DNA of 64,000 nt from Octopus sinensis (lineage: Eukaryota): NCBI RefSeq assembly GCF_006345805.1, contig NC_043008.1, positions 62,930,001-62,994,000 on the forward strand, given 5' to 3'. The notes beneath the pieces were generated by a model. It worked only from the letters and a program-made list of their open reading frames with translations, did no database searches and was not told the origin of the DNA. Both the position numbers and the translations under genes were made by a program. This document shows positions 38,976 through 50,821 of the stretch, piece after piece (position 1 is the stretch's first letter; every line of letters starts with the position of its first letter).

Positions 38976-39178
38976 GTATATATGTATGTATGAGTTTATA
39001 TATTCATGTGTGTTGTCTTTATATTTGTGCGTTCCCCCACCATTGCTTGACAACAGATGTTGGTGTGTTTATGTCCCCTGAACTTAGCAGTTCAGCGAAA
39101 AGAAACTGATAGAGTAACTCAGCTTAAAATGACTGAAACAAGTAAAAGTTATATAGAATGTATATATACATATATTTG

Positions 39179-39545
39179 TATATTAATTAATTAAGTTCCA
39201 ACCTAGTCTGATTTTCATATCTTATTATCTATAATTTTGCACTTTTAAAATATTATAATAATAGAATATTATATATTTTATCTTGATAAAACTAGTACTT
39301 TCATGCATTACACAATCATCAGGTTAATTTAGTAGTAGCAGTAGTAGTAGCGACAGCTGTTGTTAATTGTAGAACATGACTGTTACTACTACTACATAAA
39401 CCTGATGATTGTGGAAGGCATGAAAGTACTAGCTTTATCACAATAGATATATAATATTCTGCTATTATGATATTCTAAAATTGTAAAAACTGTAAATAAT
39501 AAAATGTGAAAATCAGACTAGGCTGGAATTTCATTGATTAATATA
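39179..39545. mobile_element. ~370-bp imperfect palindrome; Penelope-like fold-back element with a hammerhead motif in each arm
   Basis: ttccaacctagtctgattttca... pairs with ...tgaaaatcagactaggctggaa. Confidence 0.8.
39290..39325 (-). ncRNA. 36-nt minimal hammerhead motif, CUA triplet (mirror copy 39399-39434, plus strand)
   Basis: AAC-CTGATGA-ttgtgtaatgcat-GAAA-GTA-CTA-GTT, with palindromic helix III AGTACT and a G15.2-C16.2 pair. Confidence 0.6.
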
Positions 39546-39602
39546 TTCCTCTATATGCAATCATACAAACTTTCATACATATATATATAATATAAACAAT
39601 AT

Positions 39603-39661
<59 letters not shown>

Positions 39662-39699
39662 GTATATATATATATATATATAAACAATATTTATATATA

Positions 39700-39875
39700 T
39701 CATCATCATCATCTTCATCATCATTTAGCATCTGCTTTCCATGCTAGCATGGGTTGGACGGTTCAACTGGGGTCTGTGAAGCCGGAAGGCTTCATCAGGC
39801 CCAGTCAGATTTGGCAGTGTTTCTACGGCTGGATGCCCTTCCTAACGCCAACCACTCCGCGAGTGTAGTGGGTGT
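39700..39875 (-). mobile_element. RTE 3'-end fragment with (GAT)n tail
   Basis: Close match to 279-425. Confidence 0.88.
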
Positions 39876-39880
39876 ATATT

Positions 39881-39929
<49 letters not shown>

Positions 39930-39994
39930 TATATGCATATACGTATATGTACATACTTACATCTATACACACACATATATATATATATATATAG

Positions 39995-40491
39995 GCATAT
40001 GTGGGCACAGAATGTCATGAAACATGTACAAAAAGATACGAAGTATGAGTACATGGAATGTGAACTATTTTTTTGGACAATGAAAGACACAAGTGGAAAA
40101 CAAGACAAACAACATAAAGAACGACCCTTCAACAGTTGTTGGCTATTTTCCTAGTCTCGTATCTCGAGCATTTAAGAATAATATCTGCTTTCGATAAAAC
40201 AGTTGCTCTCGCAAAGCAAATTAAACAAAATTTGGGATTTTGTGGGGGGGTCAAAATTGGTAACACAAACAAGAGAGTGAAAAAAACAGGAAGGGCTGCT
40301 AAGCTTAAATGAGGTTGTGGTGGTGAACGTGTAAATCAAGCTTGGACAGGAGACAGATGAAAACATGTCTTCCTTGTCTTGTTTTCCATTTGTGTCCTTT
40401 CATTGTTTAAAAAAATAGTTCATATTCCATGTACTCATACTTTGTATTCTATTGTTGTACATGTTTCATGATGTCCTGTGCCCACATATGC

Positions 40492-40495
<4 letters not shown>
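39995..40495. mobile_element. Inverted-arm element (~115-bp arms), probably Penelope-like
   Basis: gcatatgtgggcacagaatgtcatgaaacatgtacaa...ggaaaacaagaca pairs with tgtcttgttttcc...ttgtacatgtttcatgatgtcctgtgcccacatatgc. Embedded in (TA)n. A related single-arm fragment lies at 44005-44385. Confidence 0.6.
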
Positions 40496-40530
<35 letters not shown>

Positions 40531-40637
40531 ATAGATGAAAGTATATACATATACATATGTATATATGCATATATATATATAGATGAAAGTATGTACATAT
40601 ACATATGTATATACACACACACATACACACATATATT

Positions 40638-40705
<68 letters not shown>

Positions 40706-40713
<8 letters not shown>

Positions 40714-40873
40714 ATTGGTGAATTGAAGAAATGGAGCTGAACGCAGATTGAACAGAAATCGTTTTATTTCATTCTACACGTATTTCTACACGTGCCTTTC
40801 GAAACACGTGTAGAATGAAATAAAACGATTTCTGTTCAATCTGCGTTCAGCTCCATTTCTTCAATTCACCAAT

Positions 40874-40881
<8 letters not shown>
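40706..40881. mobile_element. 176-bp near-perfect palindrome; truncated member of the 62141-63063 family
   Basis: ~75-bp arms. The centre retains the hammerhead 3' half gtgcctttcgaaacacgtgtagaa. Flanked by (TA)n on both sides. Confidence 0.88.
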
Positions 40882-40929
<48 letters not shown>

Positions 40930-41029
40930 AAAGATATATATATATATATATGTATGTATAATTTATATTATTATATGATTGAACACCACGCTCTTCCAAG
41001 TATATATATATATGTGAATGCAGTCCATT

Positions 41030-41220
41030 CTGTGGTTCGTGTTAGGAAAGGCATCCAGCTATAAAAAAACCTGCCAAAGCAGACAGTGAAACCTTGTACA
41101 GTCTTCTCCCTAGCCAACCCCTGTCAAGCCAACCCCTGTCAAGCCAACCCCTGTCAAGCCAACCCCTGTCAAGCCAACCCCTGTCTGACCGTTGCCAACG
41201 TGGAAAACAGAGGTTAAATG
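41030..41220 (+). mobile_element. RTE-type 3' end with 14-bp tandem repeat (agccaacccctgtc x4) leading into a GAT array
   Basis: gttaggaaaggcatccagct...ccaacgtggaaaacagaggttaaatgatgatg. Confidence 0.7.
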
Positions 41221-41755
41221 ATGATGATGAGGATGATGAAGGAGATGATGATGAGGATGATGAGGATGAGGATGAGGATGATGATGAGGATGATGATGAT
41301 GATGATGATATTGATGATGATGATGATGATGATGAGGATGAGGATGATGATGAGGATGATGATGATGATGATGATGATGATATTGATGATGATGATGATG
41401 ATGATGAGGATGATGATGATGATGATATTGATGATGATGATGATGATGAGGATGATGATGATGAGGATGATGAGGATGAGGATGAGGATGATGATGATGA
41501 TGAGGATGATGATGATGATATTGATGATGATGATGATGATGATGAGGATGAGGATGATGATGAGGATGATGATGATGATGATGATGATGATATTGATGAT
41601 GATGATGATGATGATGATGAGGATGAGGATGATGATGAGGATGATGATGATGAGGATGAGGATGATGATGAGGATGAGGATGATGATGGTGATGATGATG
41701 ATGATGAGGATGATGATGATGAGGATGAGGATGATGATGAGGATGAGGATGATGA
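41218..41755 (+). repeat. Compound (GAT/GAG)n trinucleotide array 1
   Basis: Read directly; GAT dominates with phase-preserving GAG, ATT and GGT variants. Confidence 0.97.
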
Positions 41756-41935
41756 CTTATGGGAATGTTTAGCTCTCATTCATTTCCAATATTATGTAAA
41801 CTCATGCCTGGCCATAGGGAAAATTACTTTGCTTGAAAACTGGTTATGGTTAGTGACAGAAAGAACATATGGGTTTAGGTAAATTGCCTCAATAAATTCA
41901 ATCCAACCCATGCAAGCATGTAAAATTGAATGTTA

Positions 41936-41975
41936 ACTTGATAATGATGATGATGATGATGACAATATGACGATA

Positions 41976-42007
<32 letters not shown>

Positions 42008-42430
42008 TGATGAGGATGAGGAGGATGATGATGAGGATGATGAGGATGAGGAGGATGATGATGGTGATGATGGTGAGGATGATGAGGATGAGGATGAGGA
42101 TGATGATGAGGATGATGATGATGATGATGATATTGATGATGATGATGATGATGATGATGATGAGGATGATGATGATGAGGATGAGGATGATGATGAGGAT
42201 GAGGATGATGATGATGATGATGATGATGAGGATGATGATGATGAGGATGAGGATGATGAGGATGATGAGGATGATGATGATGAGGATGATGAGGATGAGG
42301 ATGAGGATGATGATGAGGATGATGATGATGATGATATTGATGATGATGATGATGATGAGGATGATGATGATGATGATGATGAGGATGAGGATGAGGATGA
42401 TGATGAGGATGATGATGATGATGATGATAT

Positions 42431-42463
<33 letters not shown>

Positions 42464-42738
42464 GGATGATGATGAGGATGATGATGAGGATGATGATGAT
42501 GATATTGATGATGATGATGATGATGATGATGAGGATGATGATGATGAGGATGATGATGATGAGGATGAGGATGATGATGAGGATGAGGATGATGATGGTG
42601 ATGATGATGATGATGAGGATGATGATGATGAGGATGAGGATGATGATGATGAGGATGAGGAGGATGATGAGGATGAGGATGATGATGGTGATGATGGTGA
42701 GGATGATGAGGATGATGATGATGATGAGGATGATGATG

Positions 42739-42769
<31 letters not shown>

Positions 42770-42770
42770 A
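41936..42770 (+). repeat. Compound (GAT/GAG)n trinucleotide array 2, preceded by an RTE-tail relic (41895-41940)
   Basis: tccaacccatgcaagcatgtaaaattgaatgttaac immediately precedes the array. Confidence 0.97.
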
Positions 42771-43731
42771 TCCATATGCTCTTGTTCTAATTTTTCTGTT
42801 TGTTTTTATCTCTGTTCATTTTGGAAAAACAATATCCCTAAAATAATCCCACTTTAAGATATACTGAGAATTTCTACAACTGCTTATGATATATTCTGTT
42901 CAGATAATACTTGTATCTCTGTTGTTTCATTTTAGTGAAAGCAAGAATGGTATTTACATCAGCTTAAACAATATCGAAACTGAACAGATTTAAGAATTAT
43001 TATACATTATTGATAACGATATTCAGTAATTTTCGAAACTGAATAGTTGATATTTTCATTTAAATGTTAATTCAAACTCAGCTTTAGTATTTTCGAAGAC
43101 TTAGTTCTCATAAAAATAATATAAAATAAAATTAAATTAAATTGAAAAATCAAAGAAAAAAAACATGATAATGTGTCTTTTCTTGGGAATTTCTAGTTTC
43201 TGAATAATTGACTGTTTTAATAATCTCCGCAAAATTGAATATATTTTGATTGACTGCAAACAGACAACACAAAATAAGACAACATATCAAAAAATTTAAC
43301 TAATTAAATACAGTGACACTTAAAATGAAACTATATTCCCAGAGTAGAATTGTGTTATGTTTTGTTTGATGATTGAGTAAAATTTACAAGACTTTTATAT
43401 TTTATTTTCTACAGTTACTTCAATTCACTTTTACGATGTGGTATGAAATATAGAAGCATAAGACAGACAAATACTCGTGGTGTCAGGTGATGAATTTCAT
43501 CTAACTCTTGATCCAAATGTCAACATCTTCAATTCTGTTATGTCTGACAGTAAGTGTAAGGTTATAATGAAGAAGTGAGCATCATGTTATTTTCAGATCA
43601 ATCTCATTATCTGTCAACTTGATCAAGTGTATTAAACGGTGGGCTTGGGTCAAACAGTGTCATGTGAATGAAGTTTTGAGGACGAAGCCAGTCATATGTA
43701 TTGTGTGTGTGTACACAAAACACACACACAA

Positions 43732-43762
<31 letters not shown>

Positions 43763-44004
43763 AACACCTACACCTATACACGGACACACACACATAAATA
43801 ATTTCCTTATATTTTATTATATTATATATACAGTAGTACCTCGATTTTTGAACAACTCTGATTATAAATAAATTGTACTTTATCTCCTGTCTTTCTCATA
43901 TTCATTTAATACTGTAGTAACTTGGTTTATGAACGCCTCTGATCACAAATAAATCATACTTTATATATATCTATATCTATCTATCTATATAGATAAAACT
44001 CACT

Positions 44005-44385
44005 TGGAAAAGGATGTGTGGTGTTCGATCATATAATAATATAAATAATATATAAATATATGCATGTATACATACCTACATATATATGTATAATACATGC
44101 ATATATGGGTACAGGACATTAAAAACAATGTTGAACACAATGACAAACGAAAACATAAAAACAAAAATGTAGAAACAAACTGTTTTTTGAACAACAGAAA
44201 AACAAACAGAGAAACGAGACATGCAACATAAAGAATATTCCCCTTCATCAGTTGTCCTTGCAGTGAACAGGTCGAGGTCTCAAAGCGACGAAAATATTTT
44301 GACAAATTAAATTCAAATGTTGAAGTGAATCTAACGGCTTTTGTGTGTTTCTTAAATGGCTTATAAACACCTTCCCGCTGCAATT
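44005..44385 (-). mobile_element. Penelope-like terminal-repeat fragment (putative)
   Basis: ggacaa-ctgatgaagggg on the minus strand; architecture similar to 39995-40130; flanked by (TA)n. No complete hammerhead could be folded. Confidence 0.4.
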
Positions 44386-44408
44386 ATATATATATATATA
44401 TATATATA

Positions 44409-44971
44409 TTGGGTTGTCCGGAAAGTTTGTACTGACTTATAGTAGCTTATATTTTGACTTAGTTTAGAACATGGTTGAGTCCATGAAATAGGATTTGACT
44501 ACACCTCCATTTAGAGCACAGTTTAAGCTAGGTTTTCATGGAGCAAGGTTTATGTTCCTATAACCTGTGTTAATTCTGTAACCCTTTAAAATGGAAGATA
44601 AGAAAGTTCATTTTCTGCACATGATGCTTTGGAAACCAGACAAAAATTACTTCAGCTCGGCTGGGATGTGTTACCCCACCCTCCATATTCACCAAATATT
44701 GCTCCTTCGGATTTCCACTTATTCAAGTCTCTGCAGAATAGTCTTAATGGTAAAAATTTCAATTCCTTGGATGATGTAAAAAGATACCTTGATAAATTCT
44801 TTGCCATGAACCCACCTTAATTCTGGGGAGAGGGTATTTTCAAGTTAAAGGAAAGATGGAAGCGCATTGTGCAACAAAATGGTTCATATTTGGTTGATTA
44901 AAAATGTAATGGCAAGTATTTATTGACCTTTTTATTTCCTTTAAAAATTGGCACAAACTTTCCAGACAACC

Positions 44972-44975
<4 letters not shown>
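44409..44975 (+). mobile_element. Internally deleted mariner element with TIRs and TA target-site duplication
   Basis: TA-ttgggttgtccggaaagttt ... aaactttccagacaaccttaa-TA. ETRQKLLQLGWDVLPHPPYSPNIAPSDFHLFKSLQNSLNGKNF...LKERWKRIVQQNGSY. Confidence 0.92.
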
Positions 44976-45014
<39 letters not shown>

Positions 45015-45319
45015 ACATATTAACATAGTTTCCTAGGCTTTTACATTACTATGGCAGTGTTGGGTGCCCAGTCTGCAGTAGTAAATAAACTCCACATCTT
45101 CAAAGTTCTTTTGAAAGCTTAACATGACAATTGTCACAAGAAATTCAAATAAATAAGATCAGTCACAGAAGCATCCAAACAAAAGTTAGGGTGGTTAATT
45201 ACTCCATTTGATAATAAGCCACACCATACTATCTCTCTTGATAAATTAACATGATATTTCTCTATAATGTGCAGATACTCAAGTTCCTAGTATGTATAAT
45301 TGTGCCATTTATTTTAAAT

Positions 45320-45542
45320 AGGGGGTGGGTGATGCAATGTTCCTGGCTTTAGGGCTGTCATGAAAGAGCTGGTTGGAGGGCCAACATTGTGAGTTCCATT
45401 AACAGGGCCGAGAAAAACTGAAGGATTACTGTAATAAGTGTGTAAATTTGAGAGGGGAATATGTTGAATAAAATTATAATTAACTGATCCTCCTGAACTT
45501 TATTTTACCCAAAGCCAAGAACTTTTCAGCAAGCCCACATAT
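45320..45542 (+). mobile_element. Short mariner-derived relic (decayed TIRs, transposase last codons)
   Basis: ...KCVNLRGEYVE* followed by aagccaagaacttttcagcaagcccacata. The left end gttcctggctt resembles the inverted copy. Confidence 0.55.
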
Positions 45543-46813
45543 ATTATCATTACTCAAAAACTTTAGTTGGAAAGTGTGCAGCTTCTGCCCATCTTACTAA
45601 ATACCATTTACAATACTCTACCATCAGACAAGGTCATTTTCATTGAGGGTGGAATGTAACTTTTCCTATAGCAGTACTTCAAAATGCAATGAACACTTGA
45701 TTTTTGAAATTATCTCGTGACTTGCTTACTTGCACAGATTTTCTTGAACTTTGGCAGTACACTTCCAGTAACTTTTCTTTCTTTGAGAGGTTTATCAAAA
45801 GGTCTTTCAGAATATTTCTTGAGTACATTCAGAACAGTGCCACCTGCTTCAAAATTATTGCTGATTTCTGTGATGGTAAGAGACATAGGCTGATCTGTCT
45901 GAAACTCAGTGAACAAGTACTATTAGATTAGGATTCCTAAAATTGTCACATGATCAATTCTTTTAGGAAAGGAAATGATCAATTAGTCAAATCAGTAGAC
46001 AAGGATGATTAAGTAAGTTTTATAAAATTGTCAAAAGTTCAATTCTTATGGAAGAAGGAAAGATCAACTGGTCAACTAAATGAGAAGGAACTATATATAA
46101 TGATTCTTCTTTTTTTAATTGTCATAAGGATCAGTTCTTTAGGAAGAGGGGATTATCTATTAGTTAAGTGAGCAGGGAGTATTAAATAAGGATTTCTAGA
46201 ATTTTTGTATTTTTCTTCTAATGGAAAAAGGAATGGTGAGCAAAGTGATTAATATAGGCTTTCTAAAATATGTCAGGATTGTGTTTTATGGAAGCAGAGC
46301 ACTTGACTGATCAATTGAAAAAATAGCAGTTTTGATTGCTAACTGTCTTATTGGTCTCAGAAAGGTAAAAGAGCCAACCTTAGGGATATTATGAACTTGA
46401 AACATAAAAGAATATCTCTAAGTACTACACTATTGATTTTGTTAATAAAATAAATTGTAAATTTTGCAATATCTAATGTAAAATGGTGGTGGCAGAAATG
46501 AGAACAGTGTTGTATGCAGGTGTATCTCTACTTTGCTACATAGAGAATGAAGAGAAATTATTGCATCTAGCCTTCACCTATTTTTCTCACCCTCAGCCAG
46601 ATAATTTATCTATTGCTTTACTGATTCTCTCACTCCATAGCACTTAGACTATTAACTAATATCAACATCAAAGGCATAACACTAGCGATATAGTTTTTTC
46701 AGTTAAGTAGGTTACGATATATGATGACAACGCAATATCTACCAGCAGGATTTCAGCTGACAATGTCAATGACACTAGTGGGTTATGTTAATTGCCACTT
46801 TACTTATTTAGCT

Positions 46814-46814
<1 letters not shown>

Positions 46815-46870
<56 letters not shown>

Positions 46871-47100
46871 GTCGTCATCATCGTCGTCATCATCATCATT
46901 TAACGTCCATTGTTCATGTGGATATGGGTTGGACGGTTTGACCAAAGCCAGCAAACTGGAGAGCTGCACCAGATTCCAGTCTGATTTGGCATGGTTGCTA
47001 CGGCTGGATGCCTTTCCTTATGCCAACTGCTTTACAGAGTGTGCTCGGTGCTTTTACATGTCACCTCATGGGCGTTTTAACATGGTACTGCATGGGTGCT
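46815..47100 (-). mobile_element. Old RTE 3'-end fragment with expanded (GAT)n tail
   Basis: (CAT)n-ttaacgtccattgttcatgtggatatgggttggacgg...ctggatgcctttcct. Confidence 0.7.
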
Positions 47101-47219
47101 TTATATTTAGCAAAAATATTTATTTCTTTATCGTAATGATCAAAATATTCTGTTATAGATATTTGAATCAAATTACCATTTTAAAACAAAAAAGAACAGA
47201 ATTAAAACTTAGCTATTTT

Positions 47220-48420
47220 ATTTAAATGTTAATTCAGTCCTTCTCTCTTGTTGAAATCGTTGATAACATCATTGTAGAGGTTTTTTAAAACAGCTTTTTC
47301 TATGCTAATTAGAGCTAACCTGCTCAAACTTTCTTGTCTGTGCGAATTTCTTGCATAATTATGAATTCTCCTTAGGTATGCAAAGGGACACTCTACTGTA
47401 GCACTTGTTGCTGGTAGAGTTAATATTGATTCACAATGCTGTAGAAACTCTGCCAGATCAGATTGGAGCCTGGTGCAGCCATCTGGTTCACCAGTCCTCA
47501 GTCAAATCGTCCAACCCATGCTAGCATGGAAAGCAGATGTTAAATGATGATGATGAAAGCTTCATTAACTGGGGAAAGGCTTAATCTAATCCACTATTAT
47601 GCTGAATGTAAAATAAATCTTGCATAGACTTTCCTTTTAGTCCAGCATCTTTGTACAAGGTAGTAAGTTCACTTCTTAACTTTTGGCTGTCAAAATTGGT
47701 CCCCATTAGAATGTTTAAGGCAAACTAGAGATGTTTCCTGGATGTTTTTATTTTGTCTCATTGGGTCGAGAAGTGCTAAAAAATGTAATTCATTTAAACT
47801 TTGAAATCATATTTCAATTTGCTCGCAAATTAAATCTATAATTTTGTAGAACAGCTGCCCTTTCTTCTATTCCAAATGCATTTTTTCTTTTCTTCATTTG
47901 AGGATAAATGCTATCAACGTTACCCCAAAATTTAGAAAATTCATACATTTTTCTTTCAAAATTTACACAATTTCATTTACTTTATGAATACAGCAGGATA
48001 TGTCAAATGTTTTTTTCTGGAGGATGTCAAATGCTGTATTTGTGTAAATAAAAATACCTTCAAACACATTTAACAAAAAATTGAATTCATAATTTTGTAA
48101 ATTAGAATACAATACCTGAGCATAGGTATAGCTTTCCATGTCCCTCTTACTTGAATCATCAATGATGTTTAGGAATAAATTAGCAAGTTGCTCATGATAT
48201 TCACGAACTGTTTCTACCAACGAATGATTCATTTTCCAAAAGTTGGTGCCACTTTTGGAAAATTTCAATATCTAATACATGCACACGTTTAGATGACTTA
48301 CAAAAAAATAACAAAAAGACTTTATCAGTGAAAAAACTTATCACATTCTTAAGATTTGTAGCCGCTTGAGTCAGAACTAGATTTAATCTATGGGCTATAC
48401 AATGAAAAAAAAAGGGTGTT
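47220..48420 (-). mobile_element. Degraded hAT (Tip100/ZMYM-type) transposase, interrupted by an RTE tail at about 47440-47555
   Basis: HCIAHRLNLVL motif near 48400, W....LVETVREY..QL helix, and C-terminal dimerisation motif YLRRIHNYARNSHRQESLSRLALISIEK. Confidence 0.8.
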
Positions 48421-48571
48421 CTGTAATTTGAAAAAGTATAAAATATTATTTGAATAAATGCAGAAAACTATGCACGTGTTATCTTTTCCCTGTTTTGTTG
48501 ATGGAAGCAGAATGTCAACTTGTTTCACTTTTCCTATGTAAGTGTTACATAGCAACGTAAGATTATATATA

Positions 48572-48913
48572 CAGTTGCGGCCAAAATGTTCAGAACGGCA
48601 TTGTTTTCGTCAGAAAAGTAGGTATAAGTTTTTATCAAAGTTGTTTTATATTCTATAATTTTCACAGACGATAAATACAATATCATTTGTTATTGCCTGA
48701 GATCATTTTGGCCGCCATGGGTTTTGGAGTAAATCACTAAATCATCCATAACTTTTGTATTATCCTCTCAAGTTACACCAAAATCTCAGGCAATAACAAA
48801 TAATATTGTATTTATTGTCTGTGAAAATTATAGAATATAAAACAACTTTGATAAAACTTATACTTGCTTTTCTGACGAAAACAATGCCGTTCTGAACATT
48901 TTGGCCGCAACTG
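48572..48913. mobile_element. Tc1/mariner-type MITE, 342 bp, ~130-bp TIRs, TA target-site duplication
   Basis: TA-cagttgcggccaaaatgttcagaacggcattgttttcgtcagaaaag ... cttttctgacgaaaacaatgccgttctgaacattttggccgcaactg-TA. Confidence 0.92.
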
Positions 48914-49317
48914 TATATCATAGGTATTACGAATTGGCAGAAACTTAATCTAAATGTGTAAGTATATAGATTAATATCTAAAACTATTCGTTATCAGCTC
49001 TTACTAAGAAAAAATTGTCTTTGTGGCATTTTTATTGGAAAAAAGAATAAAAATATTACACCACATGGATGCAACTGCTCATGTTGCTTCCCTTGCACAG
49101 ACCTTTTGTGTCGTCTGCCACTGCTTGTCGTCTCATGCTATTTTCCAAAAAACTGTTATCTATATACCAACATCAAACCACGACATCAAGTGACCTTACT
49201 TGACCAATCGCAGCCCACCTTATGCTAATAACAATCAACTTCTGTCATTATTCAAAATGGCTGACAACTAGCATCACACTTGAAACTCAAGTGTGCCAAC
49301 GAATTAAAATCAAAAAT

Positions 49318-49542
49318 AGGTGCAGGAGCGGCTCTATGGGTGCAAGAGTGGCTCTATGGGTGCAAGAGTGGCTGTGTGATAAGTAGCTTGTTTACCAACC
49401 ACATGGTTCTGGGTTCAGTCCCGCTGTGTGGCACCTTGGGTAAGCGTCTTCTACTATAGCCTCGGCTAACCAAAGTTTAACGAGTGGATTTGGTAAATGG
49501 AAACTGAAAGAATCCCGTCATATATATGTAAGTATATATATA

Positions 49543-49598
<56 letters not shown>

Positions 49599-50020
49599 AG
49601 TGGCTGTGTGGTAAGTAGCTTGTTTACCAACCACATGGTTCTGGGTTCAGTCCCTCTGTGTGGCACCTTGGGCAAGTGTCTTCTACTATAGCCTCGGCCG
49701 ACCAAAGCCTTGTGAGTGAATTTGGTAGACAGAAACTGAAAGAAGCCCATCGTATATATGTATATATATATATATATATACATATGTATGTATGTATGTG
49801 TGTGTATATATTTGTGCATCTGTGTCTGTCCCCTAACATCGCTTGAAACCAATGGTGGTGTGTTTACGTACCTGTAACTTACCGGTCCGGCAAAAGAAGC
49901 CGATAGAATAAGTACTAGGCTTACAAAGAATAAGTCCTGGGCTCGATTTGCTCGACTAAAGGCGGTGCTCCAGCATGGCCACAGTCAAATGACTGAAACA
50001 AGTAAAAAAGTAAAAGAGTA
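49318..50020 (+). mobile_element. SINE family 1: 5' half with 20-bp tandem head duplications, followed by a full-length copy (49597-50020)
   Basis: ggtgcaagagtggctctatg repeated about three times, then the family 1 body. Confidence 0.87.
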
Positions 50021-50307
50021 TATATATATATATATATGAATATATGTATATATAGTATTCATGACTGTAGGTCTTTTTAAGCAACACTATGAGTTACAAG
50101 CTTTGTAGCCAAATACAATATGTCCATGGATAGAAAACTAGAAGTATCAACTGAACACGTTTCAATTCATGTTGGAACTGTCATCAGCAACTGTGCATTT
50201 TCCCTAACTAATCATAAACACACTGATTATAAACCTACTAACACTAGGTATTAATTAAACTAAACTCTGTGAATAAAGTTGCAAATTTTAAGATACTTTT
50301 AGATAAA

Positions 50308-50821
50308 ACTAGCAGTATCGCCCGGCGTTGCTCAGGTTTGTAAGGGAAATAACTATATAAGCATTTTTAGAGAGTTACTTCCCTTATAGATGCCAATTCG
50401 GGCTTTCTTAGCCATTTCTGTTTTGGTGTCTTCAAGCCATGAAGTCGTTGTTCTAAAAGAACGCTGGTCTCCTTGACAACGCTTTACGACGTTGATTTCC
50501 TTACACTCCCTTCCCCACAGCTTCACGAGGGAGGGAAGAAGGGGAGAAGCAAACAGGTGCAGGTGTGACCATGGACGCCAACTCCGCCGCCATCGACACA
50601 CGAAAAATTATGCATTAAAATGGAATAAAAAATTATGTTAAATTATTTTTTAAATCGTAGACTCATCATAGACGCGCGCTAATAGCCAGACGGGCTCGAT
50701 ATGAATCACGACTATAAGATACCCGAATTTGGTTAAACTGCACTGCAAAATGTGGGAGGAGTTAGGAATCTAAATCGTAGGAGACAGACACTCTCACAAC
50801 TACAGTTTTATATATATAGAT
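50308..50821 (+). mobile_element. Non-autonomous Helitron/Helentron-type element (HINE/DINE-1-like), CpG-rich
   Basis: Starts ACTAGCAGTATCGCCCGGCGTTGCTC and ends GGAGGAGTTAGG...ACAGACACTCTCACAACTACAGTTTTATATATATAGAT, termini characteristic of this class (from memory). Confidence 0.7.

Noticed and set aside
41094-42857. 262-aa and 296-aa Asp/Glu-rich ORFs resembling mollusc acidic matrix proteins, and the antisense poly-Ser ORFs
   Set aside because: Pure GAT/GAG microsatellite grown from RTE tails, with almost no GAC codons and no signal peptide.
43829-43960. Tigger/pogo-like terminal sequence tacagtagtacctcg with an internal second copy
   Set aside because: Only one end is recognisable and there is no matching right TIR.
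44230-44270. ctgatgaagggg hammerhead start on the minus strand (similar ctgttgaagggt at about 40125)
   Set aside because: No matching helix II partner or GAAA/NUH could be found, so it is not called as a ribozyme.
8016-45875. A phase-compatible chain of 14 plus-strand exon-like segments with in-frame stops (e.g. 8647-8892, 17612-17851, 27098-27245, 33415-33604, 34846-34967, 43415-43549, 45672-45875), suggesting an unprocessed pseudogene or even TAA/TAG recoding
   Set aside because: My hand count is about 34 stops in about 730 codons (~4.7%), not far below the ~7% expected for random 65% AT DNA. Boundaries were chosen to fit phase, several segments have equally good alternative frames or minus-strand readings, and I recognise no protein. 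A TBLASTN hit linking several segments would revive it.
49180-49270. CCAAT box and YY1-like caaaatggc motif suggesting a promoter
   Set aside because: Short motifs expected by chance, with no CpG island or supported downstream gene.
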